A stretch of 64,000 nt of DNA. Origin: Clostridia bacterium (GTDB taxonomy: Bacteria; Bacillota; Clostridia; Saccharofermentanales; DTU023). Position 1 is the first letter of the stretch; each line of letters opens with the position of its first letter. Made by a program: the position numbers and the translations under genes. The stretch spans positions 135,826-199,825 of the forward strand of contig JAXGOR010000003.1 of NCBI GenBank assembly GCA_040767365.1, in the 5' to 3' direction. Of the stretch, positions 9,486 through 18,809 are shown piece after piece. Under the pieces are notes generated by a model. The model saw nothing but the letters and a program-made list of their open reading frames with translations. It did no database searches and was not told the DNA's origin.

Positions 9486-10526
9486 CTAGGAATCTTCCGA
9501 GGGGGGATCGGACAGCCTCCTGAACCGGATGACATCCAGTTGGCCCAGGATGAGATGGCTTCCTTCCCAGCTTACTGAATTGGAGATCAGATCTTTTTCC
9601 AGCCTCTCGGCGATCGGGCGCAAGGTGATGGTGAGCACGATCTCCTTCTCCGGATCGCCCAGCCGGCCGTACCAACCCTTTGAATCCGGCACGGTCCTGC
9701 GGAAGTGCAAGATTGTTGCCCCTTGACCTCCGTGACGCTCAAGGCTCTCCAGTATGGCGTTCGCCCGGCCCCGGTCGACGACGGTGGCCAGGGCCACATA
9801 ATCCGGTTCACTTTCCAGGGGGGCCCGGGGGTCCACTTCGGCGGCCGGCTCATCCGGGCATTCGGGGGCCATATCGAGGATCCCCGCCACCCGTTCGAGC
9901 TCCAATGAAAACAGGACACCCCGACCCGGTTGGTCTGTACGCATCTCCTGGTAGATGGCGCAGTAAAGGTCCCGGGCATAGGAGGATCTGACTACAATGA
10001 GAACGATCTCCTTTTGAGGGATGATCTCAAAGTCGAAGGTTTTTTTACTGTGATCGGCTGTCCCGAGCGCCTTCAGGATGGTGGCGCCCACGGGGTGGCA
10101 GCGTCTTGCGCTATCGACCACATATTCGCCCTCCCCCTCGTTGACGACGGCCATGATCAGGACATAATCAGCCGGGGGCCGGTCAACCCTACCCTCCAAT
10201 CTTTGCAGGAAGGCGATCCCATGTTTGTCCCGCCCGATGCTGAATTTTTCGCAAAGGGCGTCCATGAGCGCGGATCCTTGAGAGCGGGGCACGGCCAGGG
10301 AAACCAGCTCGCGCCTGACGCCCGACAGGCCCAGTACGGACAGGAGGTGGCCTGGTACAGTGCCATGGGCGTAGGTATGGTAGGCCGCCAGGGCCCCCTT
10401 TTCGAGCGCGAACCGGGCCATGCTGTCAGCCTTGCCGGGATTGGAGATCACGGTCAGGAGGCAGAGCGGCTCGGTCTCCTTGTGGGAGCGCGGTTTTTCG
10501 GGAGCGGGTAAATCATTCTGGGACAT
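9486..10526 (-). CDS. Protein with three tandem PII-like domains
   Basis: Three repeats of pattern [LI]xxVVxxGxxxxxxxxxxxxGxxGAT[IL]....(K)EIVLxx. ATG 10526 has a GAGGAGG RBS and overlaps the DUF1538 stop. Confidence 0.75.
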   Translation of the reverse strand: MSQNDLPAPEKPRSHKETEPLCLLTVISNPGKADSMARFALEKGALAAYHTYAHGTVPGHLLSVLGLSGVRRELVSLAVPRSQGSALMDALCEKFSIGRDKHGIAFLQRLEGRVDRPPADYVLIMAVVNEGEGEYVVDSARRCHPVGATILKALGTADHSKKTFDFEIIPQKEIVLIVVRSSYARDLYCAIYQEMRTDQPGRGVLFSLELERVAGILDMAPECPDEPAAEVDPRAPLESEPDYVALATVVDRGRANAILESLERHGGQGATILHFRRTVPDSKGWYGRLGDPEKEIVLTITLRPIAERLEKDLISNSVSWEGSHLILGQLDVIRFRRLSDPPSEDS

Positions 10527-12066
10527 GAGGCTCCTCCTCTCTATCCTCTGTATGCAACTCGACGACAGTGACGCCTTCGTCATGGTCGTCTTCTTTTTGG
10601 CGCTTGCCGCGCCAGACGGAGATCAGGCCGAGAATCTGCAAGGTGATAAGTGGCGCCATGGCAACCAGGGCCACGACACCAAAGCCATCAAAAAGGGGAT
10701 CGGCCCCGGGAACCCCGGCCGCGATACCCTGGGTGAAGGCGAGGATGAAGGTGGCGGTCATGGGTCCGGAGGCGACACCCCCGGCGTCGAAGGCAATCCC
10801 GAGAAAGAGGTCGGGGGTGAAATAACTCATAATCATGATGAGGGTGTAGCCGGGCAGGAGCATGTGCCAGAGTTCGAGCCCCTCCGTATAGATACGGATG
10901 ACGGCCAGGGCCACGGAAAAGGCAACGCCAATCGACAGAAAGGCCAGCACTACCTTGCGCGGGATGACCCCGTCGGTCTCTTCCTCGACGGAAACGGTCA
11001 GGACTTGAACCGCCGGCTCTGCGATGACGGTCACCATGCCCAGGAAGAAGCCGGCAATAACCGTTATCAGGGGTTTGCCTCCCGCGACCAGCATGGTGCC
11101 GATCAGATGCCCGGTTGACATGAAACCGCCCATGACGCCGATGGTGAAGAGGACCAGGCCGAGATAGCAAAAGAACATGCCGATGTAGACCCGGGTTTTT
11201 TCCCGGCGCCGGAGGGAGAGGACCGTGATGTGCAGGAGGAAGAATATCAGGACCAGGGGGGCCAGACTGAAGAGGGAATCCCGGACAGCCAGCCAGGAGG
11301 ACGTCCGGAAGGGTTCAAGGAAACTCTCCGGGGCCTGCCAGCCCGAATTGGGAGGGGCCATGGCGTTGAAGTTTTTTTGGAAGGCCCCCTGGGCAAGGAC
11401 GGCCAGGATGGCGCCGGCAGAGGCCAGGCCCACGATTCCAAACTGATCCCGCGCGTCCTCCTGCTGGGCGGCCGTGACATGGGCGACTCCGGCTGCCAGG
11501 GCCAGGATGAAGGGCGTGGTGATGGCCCCGGTTGTCGCGCCCGAGGCGTCAAAGGCGAAGTCATGGAAAATTGTCCTGGCCAGCAGGGCCAGGACCAGGA
11601 TGACCCCGTAGGTCACCCAGATGATCGTCCTGTAGCGGATCTGGCGGATGATCCGCCAGAAGCCGACCATGACCAGGAGGCCGACGCCGACCGAGACAAT
11701 GATGACCATCTGCCATTTGGTTATGGCGGCGCTGGTAAGCTCCTGTACCTGGACCGCCAGGATCTGGAGGTCGGGCTCAGCGATGGAGATGAGAAAACCC
11801 AGCAGGATTCCCCCCGCGAGCAGGATGGGAAGTTTGCCGGTACCGACCAGAAAGCGGCCGCTATGGCGGCCTATCGGCGTGGCGCCCAGATCAACACCGA
11901 CGAGGAAGACGGACAGGCCGGTCAGGACCAGGAAGGCGCCGAGCAGGAACTGCCAGAACTCCTGCGTGGACAGGGGGGTCGCCAGGAAGTGCAGGACGAG
12001 TACAAAGAGGGTGACCGGCAGGACCGATGCCGCGACCTCTTTCAGTTTTTCGGTAAAGGCACCCAT
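10513..12066 (-). CDS. DUF1538-family integral membrane protein (internal duplication)
   Basis: Two homologous halves: IAEPDL/IAEPAV and AFDASGATTGAITTPFILA/AFDAGGVASGPMTATFILA; many TM segments. Confidence 0.85.
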   Translation of the reverse strand: MGAFTEKLKEVAASVLPVTLFVLVLHFLATPLSTQEFWQFLLGAFLVLTGLSVFLVGVDLGATPIGRHSGRFLVGTGKLPILLAGGILLGFLISIAEPDLQILAVQVQELTSAAITKWQMVIIVSVGVGLLVMVGFWRIIRQIRYRTIIWVTYGVILVLALLARTIFHDFAFDASGATTGAITTPFILALAAGVAHVTAAQQEDARDQFGIVGLASAGAILAVLAQGAFQKNFNAMAPPNSGWQAPESFLEPFRTSSWLAVRDSLFSLAPLVLIFFLLHITVLSLRRREKTRVYIGMFFCYLGLVLFTIGVMGGFMSTGHLIGTMLVAGGKPLITVIAGFFLGMVTVIAEPAVQVLTVSVEEETDGVIPRKVVLAFLSIGVAFSVALAVIRIYTEGLELWHMLLPGYTLIMIMSYFTPDLFLGIAFDAGGVASGPMTATFILAFTQGIAAGVPGADPLFDGFGVVALVAMAPLITLQILGLISVWRGKRQKEDDHDEGVTVVELHTEDREEEPHVPE

Positions 12067-12157
12067 AGATGCTCCTTTTGCTGAGATTCCTAACTATTCT
12101 AACGGAAAACAGGTCAATCGTCTTCTTTCGGGTCCTCTCGCCTTGCCTGGGCCTGGT

Positions 12158-12186
12158 TTGACAGAAAAGGGGCGATCCGCTACGAT
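12158..12186 (+). promoter_or_regulatory. Sigma-A-type promoter of tRNA-Thr
   Basis: TTGACA-N17-TACGAT, 9 nt before the tRNA. Confidence 0.75.
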
Positions 12187-12195
12187 TATTCCTGC

Positions 12196-12271
12196 GCCTG
12201 CGTAGCTCAGCTGGTAGAGCAGCCGCCTTGTAAGCGGCAGGTCGGGAGTTCAAATCTGTCCGCAGGCTCCA
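12196..12271 (+). tRNA. tRNA-Thr(TGT)
   Basis: 76 nt; acceptor GCCTGCG/CGCAGGC, anticodon stem GCCGC/GCGGC with loop CT-TGT-AA, T-loop TTCAAAT, CCA end. Confidence 0.93.
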
Positions 12272-12275
12272 TTTG

Positions 12276-12307
12276 ATGCTCCGGATAATCGAGTCCGGGG
12301 CATTTTT
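12276..12307 (+). terminator. Intrinsic terminator after tRNA-Thr
   Basis: ATGCTCCGGA/TCCGGGGCAT stem followed by a T run. Confidence 0.7.
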
Positions 12308-12310
12308 CCG

Positions 12311-12883
12311 TCAGGGGAGATGCAGGGCGCGCTCGCCGCCGATCAGCTTGGGCCGGTACATTAGGGAGGTCAGCCTGGCTTTGCCGATATGGGTGATGGA
12401 AAGCCTGACGGGCCGCTGGACGAACCGGACCTGCATACCGATTTCCGTATCGCCAATATCCATACCCAGGGAAGCCTCAAGCCCTTCGGCCATGACCGGC
12501 TCGTCAAACTGTTCGTAAGCCGCCACGGCGCACGCGCCACCCGCGTGGAGGGCCGGCCGCACGTTGACCTCCTCCAGGCGGTCGCGGAGCAGGATCTCAC
12601 GCTCGATCACGAGGGAGCGGTTAATATGCTCACAGCCCTGGACAGCCAGGTAGAGGCCGTGTCGGCGGACGACAGGGAGGAGGCTTGCAACAATAAGGGT
12701 GCCTATCTCCTGGTTGGATCCCTGGCCGATGGTCAAGCCGATCACTTCACTTGTGCTGCAGCCCAGCACGAAGATATCGCCGGCCCTTGTGTACCTGGCC
12801 TCCCGGATCAATTCCTCCGCCGCCCTTTCCAGGTCCCGGCGGATGGCCTGCCTGTCCAATGCTTCCGTATTCATGGTATCCAC
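12311..12883 (-). CDS. TIGR01440/YwlG-family (DUF436) protein
   Basis: FVLGCSTSEV, LAVQGCEHINRSLVIE, HAGGA, GMDIGDTEIGM and RPKLIGGERA motifs. Confidence 0.9.
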   Translation of the reverse strand: MDTMNTEALDRQAIRRDLERAAEELIREARYTRAGDIFVLGCSTSEVIGLTIGQGSNQEIGTLIVASLLPVVRRHGLYLAVQGCEHINRSLVIEREILLRDRLEEVNVRPALHAGGACAVAAYEQFDEPVMAEGLEASLGMDIGDTEIGMQVRFVQRPVRLSITHIGKARLTSLMYRPKLIGGERALHLP

Positions 12884-12893
12884 TCCTTTTCCG

Positions 12894-13541
12894 TCAAGGT
12901 TTCAGTGGGTTGGATCCGGTATCGCCCCAGAGCAGGAAGCCGATATTGCGCAAGACAAAGGAGGTGGTGATTTCCACCACCTGGGCAACCGGTTCCTTCA
13001 GGTCGGAGGCGATCCAGTGTTCGATGATGCCCCGTATGCCGCTGATTACAAAAATATAGTAGTACTCGATCAGCCGGACATCCATGTCGGATTCCAAGGT
13101 TGAGAGGCGTTGGATCAGGACGTCGTGGCCGGCTGACCAGATCTTGTCAAGGAAGGTGCTGTCAGGATTGTTGAGCAGGACGAGGCTGAGGTTACGGTTG
13201 TCGTAGATGAAGTGGAAAACTTCCTCCAGGGCCGGCATGGTCGCCACCTGATTCTCATCAAATTCGACATGGAGCAGGTTCTGCTCATCCGCCATGCTTT
13301 CATGGATGATTTGCTCGAATTGCAGGTAGATATCATTCTCCATCTTCTCAAAGAGCTCGTTGATGTTCTTGTAATGTAGATAGAAGGTCGTCCGGCTGAC
13401 ATCGGCGGCTTCTGTTACCTCGGAGATGGTGATCTCACGCAGGGGTTTTTTCAGGAGCAACTCGATCAGACCCTGCTGGAGGGCCAGGGCTGTCCGCCTG
13501 CTCCTGCGGTCGCCGCCTCTTGAGCGATAGTTGGTTGACAT
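12894..13541 (-). CDS. TetR/AcrR-family transcriptional regulator
   Basis: HTH motif ITISEVTEAADVSRTTFYLHY; divergent from the MMPL gene. Confidence 0.92.
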   Translation of the reverse strand: MSTNYRSRGGDRRSRRTALALQQGLIELLLKKPLREITISEVTEAADVSRTTFYLHYKNINELFEKMENDIYLQFEQIIHESMADEQNLLHVEFDENQVATMPALEEVFHFIYDNRNLSLVLLNNPDSTFLDKIWSAGHDVLIQRLSTLESDMDVRLIEYYYIFVISGIRGIIEHWIASDLKEPVAQVVEITTSFVLRNIGFLLWGDTGSNPLKP

Positions 13542-13624
13542 CGGGTCTCCTTCCAGAAAAAAGCCTATTTGAATTCTGAAACTTTGTGTTAATTTGTGAC
13601 AATCCTAACATAAACGCAACAGGA

Positions 13625-13699
13625 AATCGACAAGTGTCGTTTATTAGACATATGTTGAAATTCCGTTACTTGCATTCAATTTCGGCCTGCTCTTATAAT
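13625..13699 (+). promoter_or_regulatory. Candidate TetR operators plus sigma-A promoter of the MMPL operon
   Basis: CGACA-AG-TGTCG (13628-13639) and related AGACA-TA-TGTTG (13646-13657); TTGCAT (13670)-N18-TATAAT (13694). Confidence 0.55.
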
Positions 13700-13752
13700 T
13701 TTATCCTGATTGGCCGCCCTCCATGGGCGGTTACACCCTATCAGGAGAGAGT

Positions 13753-15867
13753 ATGAACAAACTGGCAGATCTCATTATACGATTCAGGGGCGCGGTCCTC
13801 GCGCTCTTTATTATGCTCAGCCTGGCCAGTGGTTTTCTGGCGACCAGGGTCAAGACCAACTTCGATATCTTTTCCTATGTCCCCAAGGAATCGCCCTCGA
13901 CCCAGGCTGTCGATACCATGATGGAGGAATTCGAGCAGGATATCCCCAATGTTGAGATCGGGGTACCGGACCTGACGGTCCCTCAGGCACTGCTTATGAA
14001 GGAGACGCTTGAAGGGCTCCCCTATGTCAAGGAAGTGCTCTGGCTGGATGACCAGGTGGACCTGGCGACCCCCCTGGACCTGCTCGACCAGAAGCTGGTA
14101 GAGGGTTTCTACAAGAACGGCATGGCCCTTTTCCACGCCACCATCGATGAAAGTGTCAGGGCCGTTGAAATCGTGGAGGAGTTGCAGGAACTCGCCGGTC
14201 CCCAGGGGGCGGTGAGGGGCCAGGTGGTCGAGGTGGCCAATATGCAACGGGGCGTGACGGTCGAGGTCACCCGGATTATCGTCATCGCCGTCCCTATTGC
14301 CCTGGTCATTCTCATGTTGGCCACCAAGTCCTGGTTTGAACCCATCCTCTTCATGGTCGTCATCTTCATCGGCATTGTCCTCAACACAGGTACAAACGCT
14401 GTCTTTCAGGATGTCTCCTTCCTCACCCAGGCCGTAGGGGCCGTCCTCCAGCTGGCCGTTTCCATGGACTATGCCATCTTCCTGCTCCATCGCTTCAGCG
14501 ATTACAGGGAGGAGGGCCATTCCATCGAGCAGGCTATGAAGCTGGCCATGGTCAAGAGCTTCACGCCCATTTCCTCCTCCGCCCTGACGACCCTCTTCGG
14601 CTTTCTGACCCTGATCTTCATGCGTTTCCGGATCGGTCCCGACCTGGGGCTGGTCCTGGCCAAGGGTATCGCCTTCAGCCTCTTCAGTGTCTTCTTCCTC
14701 CTGCCGGTCCTCACGGTCTACACCTATAAGATCATCGACAAGACCACGCATCGGTCCTTCCTGCCCAGCTTCAAGGGCTTCAGCCGGCTGGTTATCCGGA
14801 TCGGCATCCCTCTCATGATCGTGGCCGCGCTCGTCATTGTCCCCGCCTATATCGGCCAGCGTTCCAATGATTTCCTGTACGGGGCTCAAAGCTACCCCAG
14901 GGGTTCACGGGAGGCGCGTGACGTTGATCTGCTGAACCAGCAGTTCGGTGAAAATGTCCAGATGGTCCTCCTGGTCCCCAAGGGGCAGTGGCCCCAGGAG
15001 GAGGAACTGGCCAAGGACCTGCTGGACCTGCCTGAAATGAAGTCGGTGGTCGGCTATGTGAGCCAGGTCGGCACAGGGATCCCCCCTGACCTCCTGCCTG
15101 ACCGGGTCGTCTCCCAGCTGATCTCCGATCATTACAGCCGCCTAATCCTGGTCGCCGAATCGCCTGTTGAAAGCCCGGAAACCTACGAACTGGCGGACAG
15201 GATCCGGGACATGGTGGACCAGGCCTACCCTGGGGGCGATACACATCTGGCCGGCGCCAACTTTGTCCTCACGGACATGAAGACCACCGTCAACCAGGAC
15301 ATGATCATTGTCAACGGCTTGGCCATCCTGGCCATCGCCCTTGTCATCATGATCGCCTTCCGTTCGCTGGCCCTGCCTATTCTCCTGGTACTGACCATAG
15401 AATTATCGATCTGGATCAACCTGGCCATCCCTTACGTAACGGGGACCCCGCTGAACTTCATCGGCTACCTCATCATCAGTACCGTCCAGCTCGGGGCCAC
15501 GGTCGATTACGGGATCCTCATGGCCCAGCACTACCTGGATCACCGCCAGCTGCTTGGCAGGAAGGAAGCCACCCTGAAGACCATCCAGTCGGTGGCCGGC
15601 TCCATCATCCCACCCGCCCTTATCCTGTCGGCCGCCGGCTTCATCCTTTATGCCATCTCAAGTATCACCGTCGTATCGGAACTGGGCCTGGTTTTGGGCA
15701 GGGGCGCGCTGATTTCACTTGTCATGGTACTTTTCCTCCTCCCCAACCTCTTGCGGCTCTTTGACCGTTTCGTCGAAAAGACCAGCTGGAAGCTGGCCTT
15801 TATGCCTGACCGCCAAAGCTACCGTTCCAAAAGGAAGACTAAGTTGAGCGCGGAAGAGGCTGCCTGA
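13753..15867 (+). CDS. MMPL/RND-superfamily transporter
   Basis: Two repeats of TM + extracytoplasmic loop + 5 TM, with QLAVSMDYAIFLL and QLGATVDYGIL; AGGAG RBS before ATG 13753. Confidence 0.9.
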   Translation: MNKLADLIIRFRGAVLALFIMLSLASGFLATRVKTNFDIFSYVPKESPSTQAVDTMMEEFEQDIPNVEIGVPDLTVPQALLMKETLEGLPYVKEVLWLDDQVDLATPLDLLDQKLVEGFYKNGMALFHATIDESVRAVEIVEELQELAGPQGAVRGQVVEVANMQRGVTVEVTRIIVIAVPIALVILMLATKSWFEPILFMVVIFIGIVLNTGTNAVFQDVSFLTQAVGAVLQLAVSMDYAIFLLHRFSDYREEGHSIEQAMKLAMVKSFTPISSSALTTLFGFLTLIFMRFRIGPDLGLVLAKGIAFSLFSVFFLLPVLTVYTYKIIDKTTHRSFLPSFKGFSRLVIRIGIPLMIVAALVIVPAYIGQRSNDFLYGAQSYPRGSREARDVDLLNQQFGENVQMVLLVPKGQWPQEEELAKDLLDLPEMKSVVGYVSQVGTGIPPDLLPDRVVSQLISDHYSRLILVAESPVESPETYELADRIRDMVDQAYPGGDTHLAGANFVLTDMKTTVNQDMIIVNGLAILAIALVIMIAFRSLALPILLVLTIELSIWINLAIPYVTGTPLNFIGYLIISTVQLGATVDYGILMAQHYLDHRQLLGRKEATLKTIQSVAGSIIPPALILSAAGFILYAISSITVVSELGLVLGRGALISLVMVLFLLPNLLRLFDRFVEKTSWKLAFMPDRQSYRSKRKTKLSAEEAA

Positions 15868-15897
15868 ACAAAACAGATTAATCATACGAGGTAAGTC

Positions 15898-18117
15898 ATG
15901 CTTAAGAAAAGTTTGAAAAAAAGATCAATTAAAAAATGGAAGGGCGCAAGCAGGACACTGGCCGTCCTTGCCCTGACCGCTGTCTTCCTCGGCCTCCTGC
16001 CGGGGGTGGTCCAGGCGGACAAGTCAAAGGGACTGGTCCTCCTGGCGGGCAACAGTGCGGGCAAGAGAGAGGTGGTCTACGCGAAACTGGCCGCCACGGG
16101 TGATGTGGAACAAATCTACGTTGTCAACCATTTCCAGGCCTCCCGGAAGACCCAACTGATCGATTACGGCGATTATGAAAGCGTGACCCAGCTGACGGGT
16201 AAGACCCCGCCCCGGCTGGTGGGCAACAAAATTACAGTTGAAGACGCTGAAGGGCATTACTACTACCAGGGCAACCTCAAGTCCCGCGACCTCCCCTGGC
16301 ACTTTGACATCAAGTACCGCCTGGACGGCGAGGAGAAATCCCCTGAAAGCCTGTCCGGAGCCAGTGGCAGGCTGGAGATCGATCTGGGTATCTCCCGGAA
16401 CGGTTTCATCGATTCCTCCTTCATGGACCAGTACGCCCTCCAGATCAGTATCCCCATCGACCCCGACCGGGCCGTCCTCCTGGGGGCCAGTGAAGGCGCC
16501 GTGGTCTCCTACGCGGGTTCAGTCCACCAGCTGACCTATATCGTCCTGCCCGGAAGCGAGACAGTCATCGAGGTCCTGCTCGATGTCGACGACTTCGCCA
16601 TGGACCAGATCGTCCTCGCTGGCGTCCCCCTCTCCTTCGACCTGGATCTGGAGGACCTGGAATCGGAGCTTGACCCCCTCGAGGAACTGACAGATGGGAT
16701 CAGTGAACTCAACAAGGGGGCCGAGAGGCTCAACAGCGGCTACAAGGAACTGCTCAAGGGCTACCAGGCCCTGATCACGGGCAGCCAGCAACTGGCCCAG
16801 GGGGGCACCGACCTCAAGGCCGGCGGCAACCAGCTGCAGGATGGCCTGGGTGAATACGCGGCCGGGGTTTCCCAGTATGCCGGCGGCGTCAAGGACCTGT
16901 CCCAGGGCTACGGCCAATTGGATGACGGGATCAGGAAACTCCAGGGAGGAGCGCAGGAACTGCAGGCCCAGGGACAGGCCCTGGTAGCTGGTTCAGCGGC
17001 CATCCTGGACGGCCTTGATGAAATCCTGGACGGCCTGACCCAGGGAGGGGCCGGTGGCGGTCCGGAATTCCCGGTGGAGGGGCTGGGGGAACTCTTGGCA
17101 GGGGCACAAGCCTTGGGAGACGGAATCCAGCAATTCCAGTTGGGGGCAGCCGGCTTGACTAACGGATTGAATACTTGGATAGGAGAACTCCAAGATTCCA
17201 AGCAGGGGTTTGATGCTGGGGCAAGTCAGCTCCCCAGCCACGATGCTGAGGGTTGGTCAATTTATCTTGGAATTTTGGGAATTACTGACACGGTTCAAAT
17301 TGGAACCCTTGCCGGAATACTAGCCGGCTATTCAGAGCTGACCCAAGGTTATAAAGGCCTCTTGGATGCACTCTTGAACGAGCAAGAAGGCCTGCCTGTT
17401 CTGGCTGCGGGAGGCCAAGATTTAAGCAATGGGCTCGCCCAACTCCATGCTTCCTATACAGCGGGTATGGATAATCCGGAGGGCCCCGGCTTCCTGGCAG
17501 TTCTGGAGATCCTGGTCGGTCAACTCATGGGCCTGGCCGATGCGTCGGAAGCTGAGATCCAGGCCATGCTGGGAGAACTTGTCGGTGGCCTCAATGAGTT
17601 GAAGGAGGGTTACAGTGAAATTCATAAGGGTCTTGGCCTCTATGTCAACCAGGGGGTGGGCGGTCTGGCCGCGGGTCTTTCTGGTACGAAGGGGGAGCCG
17701 GGCCTTTCCGGAGCCTCCTCCCAGGTCAAGGAAGGCTTGAATGAGCTGGAGACCGGGGGGGCTGCCTTGAGTCAAGCCGGGTCCGAGCTTGGGGCTGGCA
17801 TGAAGGATCTCAATCAGGGCCTGTCCGAGTATCTGGCAGGTGTTTCGGGGCTCAAGGAGGGTCTGGTCCGCTATAGGCTGGACGGTCTGGTTCCCTATAG
17901 GGATGGCCTGGGGGAGTATGCAGATGGCATGGCCGAGCTGGGGGATCAGACCTCGGATCTGAAGGAGCAGTTTGTGGAGGCTTTGAAGGAACGGTTGGCT
18001 GATTTCACCGGTGAGGACTATGAGGTCAGATCCTTTGTATCGAATCTGAACAAGGATGTCATCAGTGTCCAGTTCGTTATGATGGCGGCTGAGATACCGC
18101 CTGTCAACGGAAAATAG
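15898..18117 (+). CDS. Secreted or anchored X-X-X-Leu-X-X-Gly heptad-repeat (YhgE/Pip-like) protein
   Basis: Signal/TM segment, KREVVYAKL..G.V..IYVVN N-domain, long LxxG heptad arrays, C-terminal SVQFVM motif. Confidence 0.8.
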   Translation: MLKKSLKKRSIKKWKGASRTLAVLALTAVFLGLLPGVVQADKSKGLVLLAGNSAGKREVVYAKLAATGDVEQIYVVNHFQASRKTQLIDYGDYESVTQLTGKTPPRLVGNKITVEDAEGHYYYQGNLKSRDLPWHFDIKYRLDGEEKSPESLSGASGRLEIDLGISRNGFIDSSFMDQYALQISIPIDPDRAVLLGASEGAVVSYAGSVHQLTYIVLPGSETVIEVLLDVDDFAMDQIVLAGVPLSFDLDLEDLESELDPLEELTDGISELNKGAERLNSGYKELLKGYQALITGSQQLAQGGTDLKAGGNQLQDGLGEYAAGVSQYAGGVKDLSQGYGQLDDGIRKLQGGAQELQAQGQALVAGSAAILDGLDEILDGLTQGGAGGGPEFPVEGLGELLAGAQALGDGIQQFQLGAAGLTNGLNTWIGELQDSKQGFDAGASQLPSHDAEGWSIYLGILGITDTVQIGTLAGILAGYSELTQGYKGLLDALLNEQEGLPVLAAGGQDLSNGLAQLHASYTAGMDNPEGPGFLAVLEILVGQLMGLADASEAEIQAMLGELVGGLNELKEGYSEIHKGLGLYVNQGVGGLAAGLSGTKGEPGLSGASSQVKEGLNELETGGAALSQAGSELGAGMKDLNQGLSEYLAGVSGLKEGLVRYRLDGLVPYRDGLGEYADGMAELGDQTSDLKEQFVEALKERLADFTGEDYEVRSFVSNLNKDVISVQFVMMAAEIPPVNGK

Positions 18118-18123
18118 AGTATT

Positions 18124-18164
18124 AAAAAAGACCGGCAGCTTTGAAGGCCTGCCGGTCTTTTTTT
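18124..18164. terminator. Bidirectional intrinsic terminator
   Basis: AAAAAAGACCGGCAG..CTGCCGGTCTTTTTTT between convergent genes. Confidence 0.9.
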
Positions 18165-18179
18165 GTTTACTCGAGACGC

Positions 18180-18809
18180 TTATTTGGTCCGTTTCAAGAC
18201 GGTCGCGTCTCCATCCTCATCAAAGAGGGTCAGGGTGTCCCCCTCCAGGGAGAAGCGCATCTCAGTCTCATCTTTCTCACCGAAGAATTCTACCGTGAGG
18301 GTGATCTTGTCACCGCTTACCTTGTATTTGGTGCTGAGCAAGTTCATCATCTCGTAGAGGCCTTTGAGTTCTTCGGGTGTATCCTTGGGCGCTTCGAAGG
18401 TCAGGGTCCCGTTACTCTTGAAGTTGAATATGAGTCCTTCTTCGTAGTCGCTCCAGCCTTCCGTGTCGACCACAGTCCATCTGCCGGCGATGCCGGACTT
18501 GCCGCCACCACCGCCCAGGATCAGTACCAGGGCGACGATCAAGACGACCGCGCCAACGGCGATACCGATGATGAGCCCCGTCTTCTTCTTTTTGGGTGGT
18601 GCCTGGGGCGGATAACCGTAACCGGTCGGTTGCTGATAGCCCTGAGGCGGGTAGGCCTGTGGGGGCGGGGGCTGGTGGGGTTGGGGGGGGGGAGCGTAGG
18701 CCGGCTGCGCAGGTTGCTGCGCTTCGGGCGCGGCCATCAATGACGCGCCACAGTTGGCGCAGAAGGTGGCGCCTTCGGCGTTGGGGGCTCCGCAGTTTTT
18801 GCAGTTCAT
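18180..18809 (-). CDS. Zinc-ribbon domain membrane protein with Pro/Gln-rich linker
   Basis: MNCKNCG..FCANCG, PQ-rich linker, KKKK + TM helix, lipocalin-like beta C-domain; GGAGG RBS before ATG 18809. Confidence 0.8.
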   Translation of the reverse strand: MNCKNCGAPNAEGATFCANCGASLMAAPEAQQPAQPAYAPPPQPHQPPPPQAYPPQGYQQPTGYGYPPQAPPKKKKTGLIIGIAVGAVVLIVALVLILGGGGGKSGIAGRWTVVDTEGWSDYEEGLIFNFKSNGTLTFEAPKDTPEELKGLYEMMNLLSTKYKVSGDKITLTVEFFGEKDETEMRFSLEGDTLTLFDEDGDATVLKRTK

